In this document: one piece after another, positions 22,736 through 34,920 of the stretch
How positions within the stretch are numbered: the stretch's first letter is position 1
Layout of the letters: the number at the start of each line of letters is the position of its first letter
NCBI GenBank assembly: GCA_027923505.1
Contig: BROI01000008.1
Coordinates: forward strand, 62,001-126,000
Reading direction: 5' to 3'
Source of the DNA: Mayamaea pseudoterrestris
Taxonomy: Eukaryota
Length of the DNA: 64,000 nucleotides
Notes under the pieces: model-generated
Told to the model about the DNA's origin: nothing
What the model saw: only the letters and a program-made list of their open reading frames with translations
The model's database searches: none
Program-made: the position numbers and the translations under genes

Positions 22736-24746
22736 CCGTGATGGCCATGTGTTCGGCTGTCTCAGCAGCCACGTCCTCGACGTTTGTGGCTACGAAAACG
22801 CACGTTTCAGCTGTCGTCGCGGCAGCAGCTGCAGCAACAAACTCACGCTTTGCCTTGGCAAGTAAGCTACTCATGTCGGCACTCGCAGCAATTGTTTTGT
22901 TGGCGGCAACTGCAGCAGCCGACGCTTCCGCCATGGCTTTCTTTGTGGAAATATCGAAACCACTTACGGATGTTGACATTACAACATCGGCGACGTTGAT
23001 GGCATCCAATATCTTAGCTGTCATGGCTGCGAATGATTTGTTGGCGGCCAACACTGCAGCCATCGTTGCCTTTTGCTCGTCAATTGCGGCACTCAAGGCC
23101 AACTGAGCCTGCGCTTGTACATGCGCCTGCAAACCCCATACGTTGCGTTGCAACAACTTGTATAAGTTTGGCACGTCAATCGATGGCATTGCATCAATTA
23201 ATTGCCGCAGAACATGAGCCGGATCTGGATAGCGGTCGATTCCATCAGCGATATTCATGCGTGCCGAGTTCGCCGCAGCAATGCTTAAAACTCGCTGACA
23301 CCAATCGGGGTCAAAGAAACGCTTGTAGTCTTCACCGCAGAAGTCAACGGTGCGTAAAGGCGAACGTACAGATGCAAATGCCTCCAATAGTTCGTCGGAA
23401 GCAAACAAGGGGAACCGGATCATGTCGTCCATATTGCCAAAATCACCATAAGACGACTTGTTGAGGGTCAAAGAGTAAAATTCTTCATTGTCATGCGCAA
23501 AGGTTGCAAGTGCACTTGTGATAGCGTCAGTCCAAACAGCCGTCACAAACGTAATGGACAATGACTCAACGCCCCAGCCCCCACGACGAGCTTCTTGCAA
23601 AAATGTTGGCAGCACATGGACAGCTTTTGAATGTACTTCAAGCTTTACAACGCGATGTTGGGATCCCACAAGGGCCCGACACAAGCTTTCCAACATTAGT
23701 CCGTCACCACGAGCTTGCCGTTTGAGCTTCAGTGGACTAATGCGTAACCCCCTATCCTTTTCAATGGAAAAGGACCCAAAGTCAAGTGAAGGAATGTTCG
23801 ACTCCACGACAGCTTGGCAAATATTGTCACTGACAGTCTGCTCGGCACACCCAACGCGGTCGAGATTCAAGCGAGAGAGATTAGGATTTCGAATCAGCTG
23901 TGATAGACCTTGCGTATCATCGTTTTCTGTCAGTGTAATGTCAATCAGCACACGCGGAAATTGTTCAAATGGATCACAGGGATTCAGGGAAACCTGGAAA
24001 AGACTTGGCAGCGGCGCAAGCGATTGACAAATGGCGAGGAACGCCCCTTTGGACAAGTTAGTTGCGTCGAACTTTCGGAGCTCTCGACACTGAGTGATAA
24101 ATTCCGCAAGTTGCTGGCCATGCTCTTCCTCAAAAACACTTGTTGAGAATATATCGCACCCAAGACCCAAGGTGTCGATGAGTGCTGCGCGTGAGCTTGC
24201 CATTATACAAAGGTGGGGGACGAACTCAGGAGGAACTGGACTAATGCACATGGAGTCTATATTCTTCAATCGCCCCAAAAAGTCACGAAATTCAGCGGCG
24301 CAATCATCAAATGTAGGAGCATCAACGTTGTCGCGTGCTAGTTCTTGGAGGGTCTCCTCAAAATGATTTTCAAAATAACCGAAATTGATGGTAACCTTTC
24401 GAGGATATTCAGAAGCCGGCTCTTCCATGGCAAGATGCAATTGACGCGCCGCCGCATCAAGAGCAAATCCAATGAGCAGGTCAGCATCGATGTCGACTTC
24501 CCGCTCGGTGAATAAATTGGGTGCTTGGGCGCGTGCTTGGATCCGCTCGATTGCCGTTGGCGGCTCAACCTGCGCAGCGATCACCTCTGCAGCAAAAGCA
24601 GCAGCAATGCCATTGTCGTTCATAATGTACGATGTCCTGATGCTTGATAATAGTCGAACGACAAGATTGGAGCGTTGCCTGTCGCTTGCTACGAGTACTG
24701 TATGCTGCTCGACAAAAAGTATCTGTCGCTGCTGTTGCTCGTCCAT
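22440..24746 (-). CDS. Intronless RNI-like/LRR protein with Ala-rich helical tail, 768 aa
   Basis: Shares blocks with the 630-aa gene: ELARDNVDA..AAEFRDF/ELARANIEA..AAAIRDF, SDNICQAVVES/SDIICRGIMAS, ASDELLEAF/ASDSLLDVF, LYKLLQRN..LQA/LYELLRNN..LQA. Confidence 0.78.
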   Translation of the reverse strand: MDEQQQRQILFVEQHTVLVASDRQRSNLVVRLLSSIRTSYIMNDNGIAAAFAAEVIAAQVEPPTAIERIQARAQAPNLFTEREVDIDADLLIGFALDAAARQLHLAMEEPASEYPRKVTINFGYFENHFEETLQELARDNVDAPTFDDCAAEFRDFLGRLKNIDSMCISPVPPEFVPHLCIMASSRAALIDTLGLGCDIFSTSVFEEEHGQQLAEFITQCRELRKFDATNLSKGAFLAICQSLAPLPSLFQVSLNPCDPFEQFPRVLIDITLTENDDTQGLSQLIRNPNLSRLNLDRVGCAEQTVSDNICQAVVESNIPSLDFGSFSIEKDRGLRISPLKLKRQARGDGLMLESLCRALVGSQHRVVKLEVHSKAVHVLPTFLQEARRGGWGVESLSITFVTAVWTDAITSALATFAHDNEEFYSLTLNKSSYGDFGNMDDMIRFPLFASDELLEAFASVRSPLRTVDFCGEDYKRFFDPDWCQRVLSIAAANSARMNIADGIDRYPDPAHVLRQLIDAMPSIDVPNLYKLLQRNVWGLQAHVQAQAQLALSAAIDEQKATMAAVLAANKSFAAMTAKILDAINVADVVMSTSVSGFDISTKKAMAEASAAAVAANKTIAASADMSSLLAKAKREFVAAAAAATTAETCVFVATNVEDVAAETAEHMAITAPQVIAANKARRAALIVASSANRFSTKTLMLVAVQNVASAVATDAYNKVVADVEDTKLNVSYQELAAAVTAVEAATKNFAKATSLLMAFYEKCNFSGL

Positions 24747-25043
24747 TGCCGCCGAACGACCGAGCGCCGGGTTACAAAGGCTACGCGATAGCTATCCATC
24801 ATCTGCCTATCAAAACCCCATATATGTACAAATCGTACAAGTACTACCGGTAGAAGCGATCGTCAAAGCAAATTTACGAATTGTAATAGACATAATACTA
24901 GAATAGGAATGCTAGATCTTGATGTCACCAAAGTGTAAGCTAGAGTTTCCTGTTTCGATGCAACCCTGCAACTTGTGCTCCCTCGAACGCCATTCAAAAG
25001 TGCACCTCCTTTGCCCACTACTCGTACGCAGCAGCTACTGCTC

Positions 25044-26342
25044 CTACGAAACGTGCGCGTCGTTCAGTTCCGCCGTCACTGCCTCTCCTCCGACAGTCGC
25101 AGCTGCATCCTTCCAAACAACCTTGCCATTCGCATCAGTCTTTAAATCAGGTGCAATCTTTTCAAATATCTTCTTCTTGGCAATCTTTGCTTCTGGTTCC
25201 GGCTCGCCCGTAAAATCTCCAAAAACGACGCGATCACCAGGACTCGCATTGTTTGGAGGCACGACAAACTTGACTGCTGTATGGTCAGCGTTGGAAGCAC
25301 AAAGTACCATGCCATGTGAGGCAAATCCGACAAGGTTGCGCTTCTTCAAATTGCACAGAACCAAAACACTTCGTCCAATCAAGTCGTTGGTTTCGTAGAA
25401 CGGTCTCAAGCCCGAGGCAATCTGTCGCACCTCTCCATTTCCCAAGTCGATTTCTTCGCAAAAGAGCTTTTCCGCTTCGGGGTGATGCCAAGCCTTGAGA
25501 ATCTTGCCGACGCGAACGTCAAGGGCGGAAACGTTATAATCCGCGGTCGATGCTTCCGCTGCCGCTGGTTCTTGCTGTTTGACTTCCTTGGGCTGCTGTG
25601 CTGCCTTCTTTTCCTTCTTGTCCTTCTTTTTTGTATCACCTTGTTGACCCTTGCTAATGTCAGCTTGCTTTGCATTTGTTTGCTGTTTCGCTTGCGGCGA
25701 TTGCGACTTGGATTGAAAGACGAGCGAATCGTCCTCCGTTCCATCAAAGAATACTGGATTGACTGCCGCGGCTGACTTGCCATGTGTCACACTTGACGGT
25801 AATCCGTTGCAACCAGATTGAAGAAGCAGGGCGTGACAAGTCTGCAGCCAGCGAAGAATGTGAACATGCGACTGACACTCCTTCAGCAGTTGATCCGAAG
25901 TGAGCAATTCAATGGCCAAATCCAAGTCGGCAATGCTTGGCGCATGACTCGTCAATAGTAGAAACGCATGGTGTTCCAAGTGACTATCGAGACTAGTCAG
26001 CAAGTCATTCGCAGCATTCCTGCGACGAATCGAATCAGCAACGCTCATCCAAGCCGTCAAGCCTGCCGATCCAAAAGGCGTTTTTGGATGCGATAGCAGC
26101 GGCCGACCCGTCTGGTTTTGCTTGACTCCAATGACTCCGACTAGAGTCTTGATGATGACATTGCGCTGCGTGAAAACGTGGTCCGAAAGCGTCATGGAAA
26201 GCGTGGCCTTTGGCTTTTGTTCCACCTTGACTTGGAGTGGCGAGACAAGCTTGAGCAGGAGCAACTCCAACAAGCGATCCGACGCGAGCTGCGACGGCGA
26301 CACCACGACATGGCAGAGCAAGGCAGACGTAACGACTGTCAT
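25044..26342 (-). CDS. Arc1p/AIMP1(EMAP-II)-like tRNA-binding aminoacyl-tRNA synthetase cofactor, about 432 aa
   Basis: C-terminal OB-fold motifs LDVRVGKI, HPEAEKLFCEEIDLG, RQIASGL, LCNLKKRNLVGFASHGMVLCA, KKKIFEKIAPDLKT. K/Q-rich linker and an upstream GST-C-like segment (LDSHLEHHAFL..SIADL..HILRWL). The ATG at 26342 is the likely start; the ORF is open to 26579. Confidence 0.88.
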   Translation of the reverse strand: MTVVTSALLCHVVVSPSQLASDRLLELLLLKLVSPLQVKVEQKPKATLSMTLSDHVFTQRNVIIKTLVGVIGVKQNQTGRPLLSHPKTPFGSAGLTAWMSVADSIRRRNAANDLLTSLDSHLEHHAFLLLTSHAPSIADLDLAIELLTSDQLLKECQSHVHILRWLQTCHALLLQSGCNGLPSSVTHGKSAAAVNPVFFDGTEDDSLVFQSKSQSPQAKQQTNAKQADISKGQQGDTKKKDKKEKKAAQQPKEVKQQEPAAAEASTADYNVSALDVRVGKILKAWHHPEAEKLFCEEIDLGNGEVRQIASGLRPFYETNDLIGRSVLVLCNLKKRNLVGFASHGMVLCASNADHTAVKFVVPPNNASPGDRVVFGDFTGEPEPEAKIAKKKIFEKIAPDLKTDANGKVVWKDAAATVGGEAVTAELNDAHVS

Positions 26343-27549
26343 TTCGAGTGCAACAAGTATTTGCTTTTGGATGATTGCCGCTTGATTTGAGCATGCATCT
26401 GTCGTTGCTCGTGGCGAGACGGAACCGGACGCAGATCTGCGGTGCTCCAGTATCGTCTGTCCATGGTGCGTTTTGTTTCGGTGCGACAGATGTATCGTCC
26501 GTGATTCAGTCGTGCAAACTGCCTTGCTACGATCTTTGCAAGGAGGCTCTTCATCTTCAACCATCTCCATCCAATGCAAGCCAATGGAATGTCATCGCTC
26601 GAAGATCCAATAACTTGTTCCGCAAGAGGAAGAATTTGATTAGAGCAAAAGGGCGCACGAGCTTCCGCTCCGCTGGCGGCATCAAGTCGAATCGAATCTT
26701 GGATGCATGAAATCTTTTGCGTCGCACTTGCTGCCTTCCCTCGCGACAAACCCTGAAATCTTTCATCGAAGCTACTGATATCGAAACTTCAAGATGGTAT
26801 TAGGTAGACGCTGGGCGGGGCTGCCTGGGAGTGAGCAGTCGTTTGTCTCTGAGCAGCCGAATGATTCCTACGCGTCCGACGCTGCAGCGCTGCAAATTTA
26901 GGCGACGCTAGCGCCTTCTAAGCCAGCGTTGTCCTTTGCAATGAGTCGATTGATCAAGACAGCTCTGTCACTGATACTGGCGACGCGGTATTGATCATGT
27001 CTTTGGAGGGAGGAAGCAGCGAGATAATCGGTACTTCAAGTCTTTAGATTCGTCATTCGTGTCCTCGCGCACTCTCGACAAAGTGGAAAGTCAAGTCAAT
27101 TGGCGAATGAACTTCGCTGAATGAACTAATTTGGCCGCTTTGCGTTGACGTCGCTTTTCCATTTCATGTTGCGGCGCAGGTGGCTTGAGTCGATGGCATG
27201 TAATGGTTACACAATCCGAGGAAATCTGCTTCCCCTATGCCAGCGGCCAGCGGCATTTTCGTTATGCATTATGCATGCATGATGGCTGGCCATATTGTTT
27301 GCACCACATCGAAACATCTATCTGTCATTCAGCTGCAAGCAATAAAACTTTATTAGCGAGACGAGGGGTTGCGAATTCGACGGAAAAGGAAATTGACACG
27401 ACAGGTTGTGCGCCGCAAATTTGACAAGTCTGCCTGCGATCTTCAAAAGCAAGCTGGAAAGAATGAGGGATATATAAAATTCTAATCTGTAGCTATTGCT
27501 ATCAAGGACGGTGGAGGAGGCTTTGCCAAGGGGAATGAATCGGCATGCC

Positions 27550-30500
27550 ATTCCTCACAGCTACCGGCTACCGGCTACCCGTATATGACGTTGAAGCTAG
27601 TCAGCCGACTGAAATTTCGAAAGGCGAAAAGCCCCACTAGTAATAAAGGCATTTGATGGTAAATTCGATCTAGTGGCAAGCGCTTTTGCAGCAGCAAACG
27701 TCGTCGATGCTCAGGTAGGTAGCTGCTCTGTTGCCCACGCTCATGTCAATCCCTCGACCAAGGTGAACTGACTAACTGCTGTGGCTGCTGAACGCGGCAA
27801 AGAACATTCGGCAGCACATATCGACGAAGGTTTCGACTATTTCGTCATTCTTGCTACCACGTCAAAGCCGTTTTGCTTCGATGCGTTAAGCGACTCTCAA
27901 TGCTTAACCAAATTTATCGTTAAATTTAAAAGCCACTACAGCAGCATACGACTTGAACTTGGCTTTTACACGGAATTTACAATCTGTTTTATTTTAGTCG
28001 GCACCAATAATTGAGCGACAATCGTCATGCGAGGAAGTTTAGTTGCGACTTGGCTGCGTGCGAAGCCAGGATCGACAACGATAATGTATTTCACGCATGA
28101 GCAACAAAACGAGCCTTCGTGGACGTCAGCCAAAAGATGCAACATCATCTACTTGTCGTTGCAAGTGCACGAGCTGATGGATGAATGATCGGCAAATCGT
28201 CATGACAGGATCAAGATGCCTCCTCAGTTCCAACGACATGCTTCGGTCAACGAAATACGCGAACAACACGCGTTCATGTGCGCTAATTCGCGCCCGATAC
28301 AGTAGCAGTCAGCCAGGATGTACAAGCCAAGACCGACGAGATGCCTTGCTATCGTTCGACGCGCACATACGTGGTATATTGTAGCACTAGGAGAACAATG
28401 GCGCCAGTCTCAACTTTGACTTAGCCGTTGCAAAGTTGCTGCTCAATATCTTAACCGAAATAATTTCCACCAAAAGCGATATAGTTGAGCAAACAAGCTT
28501 TTTAAGCGCAACGCGCCACGCCAGTGCCTTTCAACGATAGTTGCGCCGGTCACCGGCAATGGGCCACCTTATCGCATTAGTTGCTGCTGCAGCAAAAGGT
28601 CATTTGGAGTTGCGAGGATGCAACACCATGCACTCATTGCTGAGCATGTCTCGCAAATAAGCTCGTTGACATGTGCGACGTTGTCCGATTGCTCCTACGA
28701 AAGGTTTGGTGACTCGCAACCGCAACTCATTATTCTGTTTGTCCAACTCTGTGCTTCGCTTCGTGTTAAGCACTGCGTTTATTGTTGTGAGCACGTTGCA
28801 GAAATGTCGAGTGCCATATAGAGAGAAGTCCATTCTACCAGCAATTGCTGGCGTTTAAAAGTTGCTACCGGCATCATGCTAACTACCATGCGAAATGCGG
28901 GCTTCGTATCATGCGGAACGCTGATTTCGCTGAAAGTGATGATTGTTTTCCTTTGTAGTTGTTATGGCGGACATTGCCTTTGCTTCCGCTCCTCATGTTA
29001 CCCGATATTCGTTAACAGTAAATCCGTCGTCTGTTCGAGTGCGCAGTTAAACGTCGCGTCCGTGAGCCACAACAAGCAGTGCTATTAATTCCACGTGCTG
29101 GTGGGCTCTAAAAGCTGCTTACGCTGAACACTGCTGTCAGTGCTTTCGGAGACTATACGTGGCTGTCCATTCTCCATACTCTTACTTGCTTGTACGTTGG
29201 TGGTATCAACATCAATAGTCTGCGCAAACTGCCACGATGCTCGCTGGCTGTGAGTGCTCAGCGCTTGTCGTCGCATTAAAAGTAGCTGCGATATCGAGTC
29301 GCAACTGAAAGCATGCTGCAATGTAGTTGGTGCGCCCGTCGCTTGCTTTCAGGTCCTCAATCTGCAACACCAGTAAACTACTACATCAGTTTTTGCTTTG
29401 TTCGGTCCTTGCTGTTTCCACGCAACAAGAAATGTTACTAATTCGGCTCATATGCTGATTCCAGTGAAAGAACGACACAAGTAGCGAATCGTCGTCCGAC
29501 CGCCAGTCGCGTCGCCGCTACCATCCGCGTCCATTCGTTCGCCAAGTAGTCCATTTCGTCCAAGCAACCCTTTATATGGTCTACGCCGTTCCTTTAAAAT
29601 TGCGATGCTTGTCGGCCGATGACAATTTAAAGTTAAGAATGAAGTCAAATCTTTCACTTGCGGTGCAGCGACGAGTACCAGAAACCTTGCGTTCAAGCAG
29701 CGGTTGCTTACTGTCGCCATCACCGTCGAGAAGCTACTCGACGTGCTTGACGAGCTCCTTGTGCGCGACGATGATTGTGTAAATCTTAATGGCAGTTGGT
29801 ATCAAGATTAAGGTATTCGTGGAATTGTCAAACAAGTTGCCTTGTCATCAAAATGGATGCGACTGAGGCAGTACCTCTGCCTGTCGAACGGTTCAATGCG
29901 CGTCTAACCACCGCAGCATCACTACACATTGAAAATTTTCGTGTCATTCTTGTTGCTTGGCCGAAAGTGAAGTTAACAACTGATGGAAGGCCAATGATGA
30001 TGCGGAGGGCGGTCGAGCGTCAGCGACAAACCATTCGCCTTGGGCGGTGATGGCGGAACCTCCAGTACAGATAGCATCATGGAGAAGAGCAAGTCCTTGT
30101 AGCTAAATAGTCGGAGCTGCATCCATTGCTGCTTTGGTGATCAGTCATAGTCAAACTTGTGGTGACTAGCGATATGAAGCAGAGCGAGATGGAGTTGCCG
30201 CCGTCGTCGTCAAAGTTAATGCTTTAAACGAGCCTGTTCGCTCATCGTCCTTTAGCAGTGGCTAAACCTTTGTCATGAATACTGCGCTGTTGCATTCGAC
30301 ATGTACTTGCAGCCTAGAGAGGACGCTTGTTCGATGACACGAGTCGCGTCGAGAAGATCATGGAAGTTCGTGATGGTCATCGATCGTCGTCGCGAGCGCT
30401 CTGATTGGCTCGTCAACGTCATCACTGTGGTACAAATAGTAGTCCAAAAACTTTGAAATAAATCAAAGTTATAGGCACTATGGGACGAAGTGTAGTGCCA

Positions 30501-31745
30501 AAAACTTTGAAAATCAAAGTTATTGGTCACTGTGCAACCAAGTGTACACGTCGGAACGGTTCTCGATTCACCGTCGGTTTCGTCGACATCGACCATGGCG
30601 CCCATGCGCAGCTGATGATGTCCATTCCTGAATATACAAGTTGTATTTATGGTCGTGGCGCCTCCACAGACTTGCTAATGCTTGATCGAACAACATCGAA
30701 GATCAGAAGAGCAATCGCTTCCTTTCGAACAAACATACCAAGCCGAGCCATGACAATCACTACATGCCATCTTGAGGATTTGAGTATTGGAAGTTTCTTC
30801 CAAGCATTGCCAAAACATATGCTGCCGCTCGCCGCTACGTCGTTTGACAAGAGCTTGCGTGCGTACAGCATGGCGCTGCAGTTGGTTTCTGGCGGCAGCA
30901 ATTGCCCTTAATTCCGACGACAACCAACTTGACGACACATGAAAGACAACATGCTTTCACACGCGATAAGAATGATCTAGTCTCTACAATGTCAACAATC
31001 AATGCCTGGCAGTAATGGGGACGTTACACGGAGGAGAGAGGAAAGTTGATGGCCGGATGCATTGTCATCACGCACTACAGGTGGCAACACTACCGACGCC
31101 GCAATCTTGTTGTCACGTCTATTGTTGGGATATACTGCACCTTGGTTCTTGTCGCCTATCGTGCTCACTACTCCGAGTAGTTGTGACCAAAAATGTTATG
31201 GGCGCGCAATTGTGACCATTGTTTTGGTCGCCAGAATGCTTCTGGAGTTTTGTATCTCGAGCTCTTTCGTTTGCATTGGTTCCTTACAGGCGTTGTGGAA
31301 GAGTTCAACGGGAAATCGGACACTTTTTCTGACTCGCATGTCGATGGAGTGCGGCACGACTTGGGAGCTCTCACTCTTTGGGCCTTTCACTCTTACTTCA
31401 ACGAAACAACAATCACATTTTCACCTCACATACCGAAGACACGACAGCCAAACAGCTTTGACCATGAGAAAATCGGCAGTGCGAGCTTGCTCAACACCAA
31501 TTTCAGTTGCGGCAATTACCACGCTGCATTCCTTGCCTCCTTCGCCGTCATTTACTAGCATCGCTGATGCGTGTCGGCGCAATCTTGGCCCAAGCAATCA
31601 GGGACAGCTACATTTTGAACACGGTTGCAATCTACATCCACATAACGCACGCGGCAGAAACAACAAGGCAAGAATACTGCATGCGACACTCGTTGAGGCT
31701 CTTGCCTTGCTTGATGATGATCTGAGTTACAATGGCACGGAATAG
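27550..31745. pseudogene. Gene-poor tract with short broken ORFs, possibly decayed RNI-like copies
   Basis: No long ORF or clean spliced model. Fragments such as INAVLNTKR..NNELRLRV, LLEPTSTWN and FWQCLEETSNTQILKMAC are protein-like and loosely similar to the neighbouring RNI-like genes. Confidence 0.25.
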
Positions 31746-31852
31746 TCGTATGCATTGAGCGAATGTTTGACAGCTAGTAAAAGGATAGAATATTTTGGTA
31801 CAATAGCTGAAATTTAGAGTGAAACATTTAAACTGCGTACATATATGGCTCT

Positions 31853-34527
31853 TTAGAATGTGGGAACGCTCGACTCGCGTCCAACTTGACTCATGTCGGC
31901 AATTTCCTCGTAGCCAAGATCATCGAGCGCCAACGACGAGCGAATAAGCTTGTTTCTCGACTTTGCAAGCGGCTTAAAGAGAGCAGTAGAGCGAACGCGA
32001 CGGTTGAAGCGCTTGCTGGTGCGCATGGCAACGACGAATCCCAATCCAGCGCCAACAATGGCGGTAAGGGTAGCTCCAATGATGAGGACCCAAAGCGGTG
32101 GTCCATTCTGGATGATCTTGGTCGTGAAATACTCGTCGTCGCTAAAGCCTGTCGCGTCATCATCGGAGAGTGTCACATTCTCCTCGAGTAACCTGTAAAG
32201 AGATCGATTTACATACAATTTAACGTTAGTTCCATTCGCAGAGACGGCGCAGACGCGAAAAAGACAAGTTTGTGGCACAATTACGTACATTGTAAGCCCA
32301 TTAAAGTCACAAGTCACGCCAGCAAGCCGTTGCTCCTGGAAATAGGTATCAATGACTGTGTTGGCGGCATCGTAGAGATCCGATCCAGTTTTGTTGAAAA
32401 TATCGTGCGCTTCGTCCGTTTCGGTTTTGTTCTGAACGTTATAAATGTAAGCAAGAACGTCTTTAATGGTTCCATCGTGCATGCCCTTCTTCACGACGCA
32501 TCGGTAGGCTCCTCCATCTTCGCGAACACATGCCTCTGCAACTTCTTTTCCATTTAAATCTCCCTTTGGAATCCAGCCGCGTTCCAGGGCCGCCATGTAC
32601 GACCACTGCGGCTCGTACAAGTCCGTCCTGAAATTCCAGAAGAAAAATCCTGCAAGGGCGAAATACGATTTTATATTAGTGACCCCCAGCGAAAGAAGCG
32701 AGCTACGTCAGGGTGCCCAACCGACGTAAATTTCACTTACCATGCCCAATGCCCGAAAAAGCGTTAATTTTCTTAACAGCCAAATGACGCATGACGTTAT
32801 CGGTATCATCCAAATGGGTCGGGACGTTTGGTGGTGCCGAGATCCAGTCTCGTCCCTGGAACGGGTTGCCGGATTTTTCCTTGATCCAATCGCGTGAACC
32901 TGGACACAAACCAAATACGGGACCACTCATGCCAGTCCCGTACGGGCCTTGCAACGGCTTGGACGGATCGACAGGCGTCCCAGGTTGCCCTTCCATGTAC
33001 GGGTCGGCGCACTTTGTGTACTTGCAGGGACTTCGCGGAAAGCCTGGTAGATTGTCGTTGAAACCGTTGAGCCACATGGCGCAATTGTCTGTCGCGAGCG
33101 ACCATTCTCCAACAATGACTGGGCCAAACTCTCGTTCCATTGCGGCAATGGCGCCCTTCTTTCGGCAAGCATCCGTGAAGTAGCCAATCCGCGAGTCAGG
33201 ATCCTTCCATGCCTGGTAAATGTGTGTATCAAGCGCTCTCTCTGGGCATCCTGCCATGAAGCCTCCCCAAATTTTGGTATCGAAGCGAAAAGAATCGTGC
33301 ATAATGTATCTCCAGTAGGGCGCATGCTGCTTCATGATGAGATATCCATCCCAGTAAAACTAAATGCGGGTAGAATGGAATATGATAAGACACTGGATTC
33401 GTTGTCGCGCAAGTGCCGATGCTCACCATCGTACAACCGTTTCATACCTTTTGTAACCTCTTGATTGGCGTGTACTGCCACGGTTCATTAACTGGCTCTA
33501 ATCCCAAGACGGCAGGATGACCGGCGTAGCGTTTGACAACCGCTTCAACTACCTTGAGCGAGTGTTCCATATTGGCTTCATTAATGTCCGAATAAGTGGC
33601 AGTCTTTGGGTCAAAAGTGCCAATCCATTCCGCCGATCGAACTGGCCAATGTTCGAAAGTAGTCAAACCAGCGAACTCCGACGACACTGGCAGCAATAGC
33701 AAGGATCAACAAAAGACGCAATGTCAGACGAAAGTTTTGAACGGGCTAATCGTAAAGACTAAGCATTTCACCTCACTCTTTCACTTACATGCCGACGTCC
33801 AGGAGAACCCCATGCTTTGCCCCGAATTATCAAATCCATTTTGCGAGTCTTTCATGGTATGAATGTCAAGCAAAACGCTCATGCCATTGGCATATGCCCA
33901 GTCGAGTAGTAGATCAACCCGATCGAGTGCGCCGTCGACGCAGCCATCCGTATAGGGACCGTATGGAACGTACATGAAATCGCCAATCGGTAGCCGCAAG
34001 CTATTTACAGCGCCACTATCCTTGAGTTGCTCGACAATGTCTTGGGTCAGCCAGGTGTCCCAGTGACGCTGGAGTTGCTTGTTGGCTTCCTTTGGACCGA
34101 GGACCTGTTTATGGAAAAAAGGTAGCGAAGAATGTGAGACCCAGACGAGGCAGCGACGTGATGCATGCGCTCATCATTCTCCAAAGTATCGTACCTCACA
34201 AAACGTATACATATCAAAGGCCGTCGTATTGACTCCGCCGCCAAGAAACTGCATGAACATGCTTGGCGTAATCCACGGTTCCAACACCAACCATCCTCCC
34301 AAGTTGACTCCGCGAATTTGGTTATTGAAAGGCCTGGTCTTGTCGTCGGCGCTGCAGGTCATGTTGGAGGAATGAGCAGTGAAATGAGGAAACTGCATTG
34401 AGTCGGAATCCTTATCGGCGTTGCTGCTGCTGCTTTCCGACGACGACGAAGACGACTCGTGAGCGAATGCAATTGACGGAGTCGTCACTGCAAGGAAGGC
34501 AAAAATGGCGGCGATTGAAAACTTCAT
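31853..34527 (-). CDS. GH5 exo-beta-1,3-glucanase-like protein with signal peptide, X8/CBM43-like module and C-terminal TM helix, about 735 aa; exons 34527-34195, 34104-33789, 33686-33448, 33359-32741, 32649-32289, 32192-31853
   Basis: IRGVNLGGWLVLEPWITPS, LRLPIG, LLDIH..SQNGFDNSG, catalytic NEP, LDTHIYQAW, VGEWSLATDNC, GFFFWNFRT. Then YFQ...CDFNG (X8-like) and TM LWVLIIGATLTAIVGAGLGFVVAM. The exons sum to 2208 nt, in frame. Confidence 0.92.
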
Positions 34528-34768
34528 GGTCGCTCGTCGTGCAGCCTGATATCTCTGCTGTATTGTCAGCAGTCGCCTCTTGCAAAATGTGAGGCAGAAA
34601 GAAGAGGCGACGCAACTGCTCGTCGAAAGATGGTCGCAGAAGAATTTGTCGCGCCTGGATGTTAATGCGTGTCCGCGAAACGACGATGACGAAGATGAGA
34701 GGCTTTTGTGAGAGGGCTTAAGTGAAAATGACGTGTTATATTCAATCTTGCCAAATGTCGATCGTGCT

Positions 34769-34827
34769 ACGACATGCAGGGAATGGGGATCCATCCGACG
34801 ACATGCAGGGAATGGGGATCCATCCGA
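34769..34827. repeat. Perfect 29-bp tandem duplication in a bidirectional promoter region
   Basis: ACGACATGCAGGGAATGGGGATCCATCCG occurs twice, between the divergent ATGs at 34527 and 34921. Confidence 0.9.
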
Positions 34828-34920
34828 TTTCAACCCCAAACAACGCGAGGATGCTGCGGATGCATCATATTACCTTAGTCCCGCTGACTCCATCTTGCTA
34901 CTAATAATTACTGTCTCGAG

